Origin: Bacillota bacterium
GTDB lineage: Bacteria; Bacillota; Dehalobacteriia; UBA4068; UBA4997
NCBI GenBank assembly: GCA_021771915.1
Contig: JAETNY010000011.1
Span: forward strand, 3,473-67,472
DNA length: 64,000 bases
Direction: 5' to 3'
Of the stretch, positions 18,995 to 29,200 are shown piece after piece (the first letter of the stretch is position 1; each line of letters begins with the position of its first letter). The position numbers were made by a program, and so were the translations under genes. The notes beneath the pieces were generated by a model. It saw only the letters and a list, made by a program, of their open reading frames with translations. It made no database searches and had not been told where the DNA came from.

Positions 18995-19966
18995 ATGGAA
19001 CAAGAAACAGCTATCAATCCACAAAAAAATCAATATGACGCAATGTGCAAAAACCTCCTAGCCAAGAAGTATACTTTGGCAAGAATTATGCAAAGTTGTA
19101 TGAGAGAATATCGGAATTACAGCTTGAATGATATTGCCGAAAACTTCATTGAAGGGCAACCTGAAATTGGCAAGACAAAAGTCTTTCCAGATGAAACAGC
19201 AATGATTGACGGTATTGCCAATGAAGATACATCGGTTGAAGAAGGTACGGTAGTTTACGATATTCGCTTTAAGGCTATCCTTCCTAAAAACGATGGCTAT
19301 ATAAACCTAATTATCAATGTAGAGGCTCAGGCGAATTTTAACCCCGGTTATCCGCTGATAATGCGCGGCATATATTATTGCAGCCGTATGCTTTCCACTC
19401 AGTACAACCGGGAATTTACTAAATCGCATTACGAAAAGCTAAAAAAGGTAGTGTCAATATGGGTTTGCACCGAGCCTACAAAACAGCGTTTTTGCACTCT
19501 GAACGAATACAATATAGCAGAGAATAATATTATTGGCAGTACGAAAGAAGATTCAGCTAACTATGATTTAATGTCAGTATTTATGATATGTTTAGGCAAC
19601 CCTGATACTGAAGATTATAATGGTATTCTTAAATATTTGGACGTTCTTTTATCAAAAAAATATTCCAAACAGGAAAAGAAACAAATACTAGAGAAAGAAT
19701 TTGATTATCATTTTAACGCTGAAACAGAAATGGAGGTCGATGAAATGTGTAATTTAGCTCAAGCGATAGAAGATAAGGGCAGAGAATTAGGCAGAATTGA
19801 AGGTATGCAAAAGGGCATTGAAAAGGGCAAGCTTGAAACCACACTTGCCAACATTCAAAGCTTGATGTACAAAGTTAGTTGGACTGCTGAACAGGCAATG
19901 GACGCACTCAATATTCCACAGGAGGAGCGCAGCCAATACCTGCCCAAACTTAAACACCTTAACTAA
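18995..19966 (+). CDS. Rpn/PD-(D/E)XK recombination-promoting nuclease family protein
   Basis: YDIRF...INVEAQ...RGIYYCSRM; C-terminal KGxExG repeats. Confidence 0.82.
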   Translation: MEQETAINPQKNQYDAMCKNLLAKKYTLARIMQSCMREYRNYSLNDIAENFIEGQPEIGKTKVFPDETAMIDGIANEDTSVEEGTVVYDIRFKAILPKNDGYINLIINVEAQANFNPGYPLIMRGIYYCSRMLSTQYNREFTKSHYEKLKKVVSIWVCTEPTKQRFCTLNEYNIAENNIIGSTKEDSANYDLMSVFMICLGNPDTEDYNGILKYLDVLLSKKYSKQEKKQILEKEFDYHFNAETEMEVDEMCNLAQAIEDKGRELGRIEGMQKGIEKGKLETTLANIQSLMYKVSWTAEQAMDALNIPQEERSQYLPKLKHLN

Positions 19967-20027
19967 TTTTATCCACTAGTAGAATAATTTTATCTTAAAC
20001 TAAAATTATACCTTAATACTTGATTTT

Positions 20028-20180
20028 AACAAACTCACCCTCTGCCCGGCTTTGCAGGGCAAGGGTTGAGTTTGTTGCAGCAAGCGATGTGTCTGGGTAC
20101 CCAAACACAAAAATAGCCTATTCGGTGTTACCCGAATAGGCTGTTTTGCTTGTTGGGGGCAAATCCCCCAATCCCCCTCT
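20028..20180. promoter_or_regulatory. Triple-hairpin region, candidate oriT of the ICE
   Basis: Inverted repeats 20028-20076, 20110-20147, 20153-20171 next to the relaxase gene. Confidence 0.5.
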
Positions 20181-20323
20181 TGAACGCTCAAACAAGTTTC
20201 TCTATGCACAAATGCATAGAGATTAGTTCTCACTAAATTCTGCCTGCTGCTCCGCATTGGCAATCATTAAGTGTTCACTTATGAGCGGCGGCGCATTTCT
20301 CCCGTTGGTCGAAACGCTTATGT

Positions 20324-21736
20324 TCAGCGATTCGTTTCCACTTCACGCTGAACATTTTTCTCTTTGCTGTCGCTAACCTCCAGCAAATTATCTACATTGG
20401 CCTTAACAGTTAAAAGCTGCTTCATTTCCTCTCTGGCCTGCCGGTAGTCGCCATAAGCCGCTTTCTTCTCATTCAGCAGTTGCGCATATTCCGTCTGCAA
20501 GCTTTTAACCGTTGGCAGCTTTTTCAAACCTAAATCGTCAAAGGCTTTCTTTGCCGCCCTATGTAACAGCAAAGCGCTTTCGTGTTCCGCAGCAAACTTT
20601 TTAGAATAGCCAGACTTCTTGTATGCTGCAAAAATTTCCCTCGTCTTATGGTAGTTTATGATGTGCGTTTTCAGCACAGCAATTTCAGCCATACGGCTTT
20701 CTGCTGCCTTAATTGTGCAGGATAACTCATCATATTTCTGCGTTGCTGTCGCAGTTCTAGCCACCAATTCATCATAACTCAGCAGGTTATTTTCATTAAG
20801 ATAGTTATAAGTTTTCGCCAACTGTTTAAGATTGAAAACTGTTGCCCATTTAGCGTAGCCGCCGCCCTTACCCTCGGCTAACTTCTGCTGAATATCTACC
20901 AACAGATTTATTTTATCCTGCGATTGGGGCATTTTCTTGCTGGCTATAACCGCTCTCAATTCAGCTTCAGAATATCCATCACCTAATCTATCTAACCGGG
21001 CAAACTGTTTCCAGCCTGCGGCTTTTAAGCGCCAGTTTTTCCCTCGCTTGCTAACCTCAATACCCACCTGCTCCAGCAGTTTTAACAACTCATCAAAATC
21101 TGCCGGTTGCTGTGTTAGCGCCTTATCTATGGCCTGCCGCAGCACATCTTTTTGCGTTGGTGTTTGGACAATGCCCTGCTGCTCCTGCCACTTGTTATAG
21201 CTTAACCCCCAGCGGTTTTTCGGCTCATCAATTACTGAATAACCATTCTCGATACAGATTGTGTCGCTCAAGCGGCGTATCGCTTTTGTACTGCCCCAAA
21301 AGTTACAGAACTTGCGATTATATTCCAAATTTACAGAATTGAAGATGATATGGTTATGCAGATGTTGGCGGTCAATATGGGTACAGACGATAAAGGAGTG
21401 TTGGCCTTTAGTAAATCTCATTGCTAACTCATAGCCCAGCCGATTTGCCTCCTCCGGGGTAATCTCCCCAGGCTTAAAAGACTGCCTTATCTGGTAGGCT
21501 ATGACATCATTTTTCTTTGGTTCTCTGCCGCTTTTGGTCTGATAAATTCTATGCGCAAGGGCAAATTCTGCGTCGGCTATTCGGCTATCACACTCATAGC
21601 GGCTGATGAGCCTGCCGTCATCCGTCTTGGCCGGATTTTCCATATAGTCGATTATCCGAGCGATTGTCGAGCTAACCTTGCGGCCTTGGCTGTTATGCAA
21701 TGGTATCAATCTTGTTGTTGCGATAAACATCACCAC
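20324..21736 (-). CDS. MOBP relaxase
   Basis: IDYMENPAKT, YQIRQSFKPGE, HIDRQHLHNHI (3H motif). Confidence 0.93.
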   Translation of the reverse strand: MVMFIATTRLIPLHNSQGRKVSSTIARIIDYMENPAKTDDGRLISRYECDSRIADAEFALAHRIYQTKSGREPKKNDVIAYQIRQSFKPGEITPEEANRLGYELAMRFTKGQHSFIVCTHIDRQHLHNHIIFNSVNLEYNRKFCNFWGSTKAIRRLSDTICIENGYSVIDEPKNRWGLSYNKWQEQQGIVQTPTQKDVLRQAIDKALTQQPADFDELLKLLEQVGIEVSKRGKNWRLKAAGWKQFARLDRLGDGYSEAELRAVIASKKMPQSQDKINLLVDIQQKLAEGKGGGYAKWATVFNLKQLAKTYNYLNENNLLSYDELVARTATATQKYDELSCTIKAAESRMAEIAVLKTHIINYHKTREIFAAYKKSGYSKKFAAEHESALLLHRAAKKAFDDLGLKKLPTVKSLQTEYAQLLNEKKAAYGDYRQAREEMKQLLTVKANVDNLLEVSDSKEKNVQREVETNR

Positions 21737-21739
21737 GCT

Positions 21740-22087
21740 TTATTTGATTTTATCCAGCCCACGCAAAATATCGTTAGCTGAGTTTTCCAAATGAGCAAAG
21801 CTCTGCCTTATATCCTCTAAATCCTCAGCATAAATCCGCCCTGTCGTATTAACCCTCTTTGTCAGCTGATTAAGGTTATTAGAGGAACGCCGGAGCAATG
21901 AGATTAAATCCTTCAACTCCGGCATTTCTAAATTGATTATATAACCGTCAATAGCCATTTTGCGCAGATAAGCCGCCATATTGGAAGTCCCAAGTAAAGC
22001 CATTTTCTGCTCTATAAGCCCTCGCTCCTCCGGCGTAACCCTAAACTTTAACTGCACCTCTCGCTGCCTTTTTTCCGTTTGTGCCAT
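21740..22087 (-). CDS. mobC: Relaxosome protein MobC
   Basis: RHH N-terminus, LRRSSNNLNQL. Confidence 0.88.
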   Translation of the reverse strand: MAQTEKRQREVQLKFRVTPEERGLIEQKMALLGTSNMAAYLRKMAIDGYIINLEMPELKDLISLLRRSSNNLNQLTKRVNTTGRIYAEDLEDIRQSFAHLENSANDILRGLDKIK

Positions 22088-22090
22088 AGA

Positions 22091-22945
22091 TTAACGCTCC
22101 GGCTCTTTAGGCTTTTTCTTGGGTGTTGGCGTTTTGGGCTGTTGGGTCTTTTGCTGCAATTTAGCCAAAACTGACGGTCTGGCTTTTTGCTGTTCCTGCT
22201 CAAACTCTCTAACGCCGCTGGCAAACATATCCAGCAAGCCGGGGTGAGTGCTTAAAGCAATATAATCCTGGCTATGCCGCTCCACTGCTGGGGCAGGAAC
22301 GGTTTTTGCCCACTCCTTATTTTGAGCGGATATTCTGCCGTCCCAGTCCAGATACCGCACCTGATTCGCCAGCACAAATTTTATTCGTTCCATACCAAAC
22401 CGAGGAAGAAGCTCCTCTATTGCCCTAACGCTATCCAGCGAATAGCCGAAATAATTATTATGTATAGCTTCCTCAATAGCCTGGCCGCAAGCCACATTGG
22501 CCTGATGAGATTTCCTAAACAAGTCAATATCCCCACAATCCGCCGCACATTCATAGGTCTGGTTATATAAAGGCACATTGGCAAACTGCATAAATTCCTC
22601 CTGCTCCTGCTGCAAAAAGATGTTAGCCCGCTCCGCGATTGTATCCAGAATATCTTGCATATAATCTGTTTCTTTCTTTGTCCAATCCTTATAAATATCT
22701 TCCAGCGGGCTGGAGGATTGTAGCAGCGCTCTGGCCTGCGCCGTAGGCAGCGGATTATCGTCCAAAGCCATTAAAATATCCTCTTTGGTAACATATTCAT
22801 AGGTATGATGCAAAATCTCGGATACCGTCTGACTTTCCAGCCACGCCCGAAATTTATCCTGTTCCGCCCGCATTTTATCATATAAGGCATTATTCAATTC
22901 CTCGTTATTCATTTCATTGATTTTTTTCAAATTTTTTTCGTCCAT
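22091..22945 (-). CDS. ICE protein with DUF3848/DUF3849-like domains
   Basis: LYDKMRAEQDKFR, DGRISAQNKEWA, RPSVLAKL...EPER tail; start at MDEK after RBS ggagg. Confidence 0.72.
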   Translation of the reverse strand: MDEKNLKKINEMNNEELNNALYDKMRAEQDKFRAWLESQTVSEILHHTYEYVTKEDILMALDDNPLPTAQARALLQSSSPLEDIYKDWTKKETDYMQDILDTIAERANIFLQQEQEEFMQFANVPLYNQTYECAADCGDIDLFRKSHQANVACGQAIEEAIHNNYFGYSLDSVRAIEELLPRFGMERIKFVLANQVRYLDWDGRISAQNKEWAKTVPAPAVERHSQDYIALSTHPGLLDMFASGVREFEQEQQKARPSVLAKLQQKTQQPKTPTPKKKPKEPER

Positions 22946-23041
22946 ATATTTAATTCCTCCTAACATAATCTCAAAAAAATATTTTATCAAAATTTATTCT
23001 ATGGTATAATTTTAAACAAATATATTGTAAAAGGTGATTTT

Positions 23042-23284
23042 ATGGCAAACAGTGAACAGCTTTGGCAAGAGGCCAAAAAGAAATGCCGTTTAAACAATGA
23101 AGATATTGCTTTAGCCAAACGGCTAGGTTTAAATCCTCGCAGCCTTATCAAAAACATACCCAGCAAAAGCGAGCCTTGGAAAGCGCCGGTAAAAGACTGG
23201 CTGCACGAAATTGATGAAAAACGGCAGAAAAAGACTGCACAAAAACAAATGCGCAAAGAAAAGGCGCAGGGAAATAATAATTAA
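23042..23284 (+). CDS. Small basic hypothetical protein, opposite strand
   Basis: RBS aaggtg, upstream TATAAT, fills the intergenic gap, stop overlaps helicase stop. Confidence 0.75.
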   Translation: MANSEQLWQEAKKKCRLNNEDIALAKRLGLNPRSLIKNIPSKSEPWKAPVKDWLHEIDEKRQKKTAQKQMRKEKAQGNNN

Positions 23285-26200
23285 AGCTCCACTCCATAAT
23301 GCCGGGGCTTAATAGCCGCAGCTGCAACCTCCGGCCTTGGCGGTAAAGGCTGGCGAAGGCGCTCCAACACCGAGGCTCTCGCCCGCTCGGCCAATTCCGG
23401 CTTAATAGCTTTTTCTTCGGCCTGCACTGGTTCATTTGCCGCTGGCGCTGGCCCCGCCGTCATATTATCCATATTAAGTTCCATATCCAATTCAATCAGC
23501 CGGGCGTTTTTTTGCGCCAACTCCGCCTCAAATTCAAACGGCTTATTCTGCTCAAGTTCAGCCGCCTGCACTTGGCTTTGCAGGTTAATCAACTTATCCT
23601 CCCGCCTTTGGATTTTCTTATCTATATGCGCCAAAGCATTATCCAACCGAATAATGTTGCCGTGAACGTCTTTGCCTAAATCCGTGCAATGGTCTAGCAG
23701 CCCCTTTAAGGTCATTTCCAAGGTCTGCCCAAATCCGTGCCGGCTCAAATACAGCCCAAAACCCCGGTAACTGCCAATCTTCTTCGGAGCCGTGCCGGTA
23801 TATTTCTCACATTTTTGCAACAGAGCCGCCCCAGCCTTATCCTTTTCGTGGTAAGTAACCCCGTCAATCTCCATACCAATAAAACCGGCTGACGGGTGCT
23901 GATGAGCCAGCGCCGTTGCTTTATCCGCTTGCAGCGCCGCCAACTCCTCCTGCGTTTCTTTTATCTGCCTTGGGAAATGCTTGGTCAGATTATCTTGCAG
24001 TCTGAACTGCTGACTTTGGTGGTTTGCTTTCATCGTCTTTAATTTGCTAACTTCCACATCTAATTCCATACGCTCCTTAATGCGAGGGTCGCCGGCGCAT
24101 AAAGCTTTAATCTCCGCATAGGAGAGCGCCGCCTCGTCCACATCCTCACAGGTACGCACCGGGGATTTAGAGGTCATAATTTGAGAAATAAACCGCTGTT
24201 TAGTTTCTACCGTCTGCCATAAATAGCTGTCAAACGTGGCCTCGGTAACATAACGGCAGACGTGGACTTTTTTATTCATATTGCCCTGCCGCCTGATGCG
24301 CCCCTCGCGCTGAATTAAATCCCTAGGCCGCCACGGGCAGTCCAAATCGTGGGAAGCTATAAGCCGGTCTTGCACGTTCGTCCCGGCGCCCATTTTGGCA
24401 GTGCTGCCAATTAAAACTCTGACCTGCCCGGAGCGCACCTTAACGAATAACTCTTTCTTCTTCACATCCGTATCCGCCTCGTGGATAAAAGCAACCTGCT
24501 CCGGCCGCATACCCCCGGCAATCAACTTCTTTTTAATATCCGAGTAAATATCCGTAAAGCCCGGCTCACCGTCAAAAGTTTTCTGAGGCGTGGAAATATC
24601 GCAGAACACCAGCTGGGTCAGGCGGTCTTTCTCTCCCTCGCGCCAGTATTTCAAAACATTTTCCACGCACAAGTTCACCTTTGTTCCCGGCTCATCCGGC
24701 AAATCTGGGTTAATTATCCTTTGGTCTAAGCCCAGCTTGCGCCCGTCCGAGGTAATTTTCAGCATATTATCTATACGCGAATCAACCATTTTTTTATGGA
24801 TTGTCTCCGCCCTTTCAGATAATTCCTTGACCATAACTTTTTGATGTTCCGTGGGTTTGGCGGCGAAGGTGAGATAGTCCACCTCCGGCGTAGGCAGATT
24901 TAGCTGGTCAGCCGTCTTAATATCCGCCGTTTCCTTAAACAGGTTCATCAACTCCGGTACATTAAAAAACTTGGCAAAGCGCGTTCTTGCCCGGTATCCC
25001 GTACCCTCTGGAGCTAATTCCAGCGCCGTGGCAGTTTCCCCGAAGCGGCTCGCCCAGCTGTCAAAATGCCCCATACCCATCTCTTGCAGCTTATCGTACT
25101 GCAAATACCGCTGAATGGTATACATTTCAGTTATCGAATTGCTGATTGGCGTGCCGGTGGCGAAGATAACGCCCTTGCCGCCGGTTATCTCGTCCAGATA
25201 ACGGCACTTGGCGAACATATCCGAAGATTTCTGGGCGTTGGTGGTGGATAGCCCGGCCACATTGCGCATTTTGGTGTAGATAAAGAGATTTTTATAAAAG
25301 TCGCTCTCATCTACAAACATTCTATCAACGCCCAATTCCTCAAAACAGATAACATCGTCCTTGCGTTTATTTCCCTGAGCGTACAGCTTGTTTAATTTCT
25401 CCATAAGATTTTTCTTGCCCAGCTCCATTTGTTTAATGCTGAAATGCTCGCCCCGATTTTCTTTCAACTCGGCAATACCGGCGGTCAACTCCTTAATCTG
25501 CGCCAAAAGCAAGCGCTCCTGCCGCTCCGGGCTGATAGGTATTTTCTCAAATTGCGACTGGCCGATAATTATCGCGTCATAATTGCCGGTGGCAATCCGG
25601 GAGCAAAACTTCTTGCGGTTTTCCTTGGCAAAATCCCGTTTATTAGTTACCAGCACATTGGCCGCCGGATAAAGGCGTAGGATTTCTGAAGCCCACTGTT
25701 CTACCAAATGATTAGGCACCACGAACAGGCTTTTATGACACAAACCCAGCCGTTTACTCTCCATCGCTGCCGCAGCCATTTCAAAGGTTTTGCCAGCGCC
25801 CACCTCGTGCGCCAGCAGGGTATTGCCGCCGTAAAGAACTCTGGCAATGGCGTTTATCTGATGTTCCCGCAAAGTAATTTCCGGGTTCATTCCCACAAAG
25901 TTAATATGACTGCCGTCATATTCTCTGGGGCGGATACAGTTCATCTCCTCGTTGTATTTATTAACCAGAGTTTCCCGGCGCTCCGGGTCGTGCCAAATCC
26001 AATCCTTAAAAGCGTCTTTTAGAGCCTGCTGCTTCTGCTGGGCGAGGGTAGTTTCTTTGGCGTTCAGCACCCGCTTTTCACCGCCCTCCGGCATTTGTAC
26101 GGTATCGTAAATCCGCACGTCTCGCATATTAAGGCTGTCCTCCAAAATTTTATAGGCGTTGGCCCGCTCCGTGCCATAGGTGTTATACGCCGCCACATCG

Positions 26201-29200
26201 TCGAATGGAATTGCGCTTTTGCGCTCAATACGCCACTCGTTAGCATAACTGCTGTACACCAATTCCACAGTGTTGCGCAGGTGCCGTGGGGTTTGCAGAA
26301 CCTCCCACATAAACTGCTTAAAATACGCTGGCGGTATCCAAGTTGTACCCAGCCGCACCTCAATTTCCTGCGCCTCTAAATCTCTGGGCTGCACCTTTTG
26401 TAGCGCCTCCACATTGATAGCCAGAGCCGGATTGTCTGCTGCCATCGCTTCAGCGATTTTTAATTTCCATCGCACATTGCCGGAAAGATACTCGTCCGCC
26501 GGCTGCCACTGCTTCCAAACAGGGTCAAAGAAAATTATTCCCTGCAATTCGGCAGTTAGTTCCTCCTCGGTTTTGCCGGTTAATTTCATCATATAGGGCA
26601 GGTCAATTCTGGCCTTTTCGGAAATAGATATGGCGTAAGCTTCAATAGCGGTATCCGCTTTTTCCGGGGCTTTATGGGGCATAATAGTGCGCTTGCTGAA
26701 CATATCCGCCTTTTGTTTTAAGCGCCCTTTGTCGTCCAGAATTTCCAAAGCGCAGAGCAGATAATAGGAACTATCCTGCGAGAACGCCAGCCGGTTAGCC
26801 CGGTCGTTTATCAGGCCAAACTCAGCGGTAAAGCTATCGTAGAGGCGGTTTAATTCGTACTGCTGCTTTTTTATCTCATAATCGCCGGTATCTTCGTTCA
26901 TTTGCAGAGCAATAAGTTTCCGGGTGCAGTCCCGCAAATCAATTAAGCCCTTGACCCGGCGTTTGGCCGCAGCGCCTAAATTCTGCTTTTCGTTCTGGTT
27001 ATCTATCCGATAATAAATATCACCGTTTATAACGCCGAAAGAGTAATTTGCAATCTCCACCCCGGAAACATCAATCACTTCTTCTGACAAAGGCTCAATA
27101 TCCAAATCAGGCATAACTGGAAGATATTTGCCTTGAATATTGCTAATCGCTCCTTGCAGCTGTTCGGCCAAATCCGCGCCGGGGATTGGTATAACCGTAT
27201 AATCCTGCGCGGCATATTGGGTGCTAACGGCGCTGGCCTTGCCCAAAACCTGCTCCGGCCTGTCCAGAAAGTATTGGTTAATCTTAAAACCATCGGCGTT
27301 TTCGCCCACATTCACCCAATCCGGCCTATCCTCGCTTAAATCTCTTAATTTCTCTCGCTTTTGCAGAAAGATAATATCCGATACGACCTCAGTTCCGGCG
27401 TTATTCTTAAAGGTGTTGTTAGGCAGACGGATAGCGCCCAACAAATCCGCCCTCTCCGCCAAATATTCCCGCACCTTGCTGTCTTTAGCGTCCATAGTGT
27501 AGCGGCTGGTAACAAAGGCCAGCACGCCGCCGGGGTGGATTTTAGCCAGCGCTTTAGCGAAGAAATAGTTATGAATGGAAAAATTATACCTGTTATATGC
27601 CGGGTCAAAAACGCTGTAATTGCCGAAAGGCACATTACCAACCGCTATATCGAAGCTGTTATCCTGAAAATTAGTTTCTTCAAAACCTTTAATCTGGATA
27701 TTGGCCTTGGGGTAAAGCTGTTTGGCAATGCGCCCGGTAAGGCTGTCCAGCTCTACACCGTAAAGCTGACTGTTTCTCATTTCCTCCGGCAGCAGCCCCA
27801 AGAAATTACCCACACCGCAGGAGGGCTCTAAAATCTTGCCGCCTGCAAAACCCAGTTTACTTAAACCCTCATAGATAGCTTTAATAACCGTGGGACTGGT
27901 GTAATGAGCGTTCAAAACGCTTTCTCTGGCCGCGGTATATTCCTCGCCGATCAGCAGTTCTTTTAATTCGGCGTATTCCGCCTGCCAGTTTTCTTTGCTG
28001 CTGTCAAAAACCTCCGGCAACGCGCCCCAGCCCACATATTTAGCCAATATTTCCTGCTCCTCTGGCGTGGTTTGACGATTTTCCGTCTCAATTTGTTTTA
28101 AGGTACGGATTGCCGCAACATTCATTGCATATTTGGCTTTCTGTCCGCCTGCGCCCAAATCATCGTCTGTGATATGGTAATTTTCAACCGGCACAGCCTC
28201 GACAATCTCAACTTCTGGCTCGACAATCTCAACTTCCGAAATAAATTCATTTTTCGGTGTTTCGTCAATAATATCTTCTGGCTTAATATCAAATATTGCT
28301 GTCGTTTCTTCCCTGTTAAAAAGAAAATCATTGCGCTTGTCCTGCCGCAGCAGCCACGCAAAGTTTTCTTTATTTTCCACCCGGCCAATGGGATAAACCA
28401 AAGTTGGGTCAAGCAGGTGTATATGATACTGGTCTATTTCCTCAATGCGAAAAGGCTTGTTATCCAGATACACCGTATCGCCAACCGTATATTTAGGCTC
28501 ATTCGGTAAAACCTCAACTTCCGCCGTTTCTTCCGCAAGAACTTCCGGCTCGTCAATCTCAACATTTGAATTCGGCGTTGGCTCAATAATACTTTCAGTT
28601 TCTGCACTCACAACCGGCAGGGTGTAAATTTCCTTGCCAGTTTCCACAACCGTTATGCTTTGTGTTTTCTGCAAACGTGTTTCCGCCTGCTCCGCCCATT
28701 CCGCTAATTCTTCCGGCGTAACATAACGTCCCTGCTCAATGATTTTATCTATGCGTTTAGCCGTCATATTCCAATTAAGCCGCACATCTGGGCAATGCTT
28801 TTTATTAAAAGTAATACCCCGGCTATCGTGATTTTCGCCAAACTCCAACCAGCCCGACCGCACAGGTATACTGCCGCCCGTGCCATATTCGTTTTTGAGA
28901 AAATCCGCCTTTTCCTTGGCCGTGTGGCTCTCTTGAAAGAAGTTATATATCCGCTGTTTGCCGCCGGAAACATTGCCGCCCTCGCCAAGCGCCGCATTTA
29001 TCTCATCTTCGGTAATAAACTGCGAAATCTCATTAACCTCGACTATCTGGCTTTTATATTCCAGCCTTGGCAGCGGCAAATCCTGAAGCAGGCTTTGCAC
29101 CTCATCAACATACCAATAGTTAAAGCGCATAACAGCGTGGTCTGCCTTATACGCCGCCAAGAACTCGGCATATTCCCGGATTATTCTATCCCGGCTCTCC

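Noticed and set aside
20006-20263. 85-aa ORF after the relaxase
   Set aside because: Overlies a hairpin-rich candidate oriT and has no protein motif
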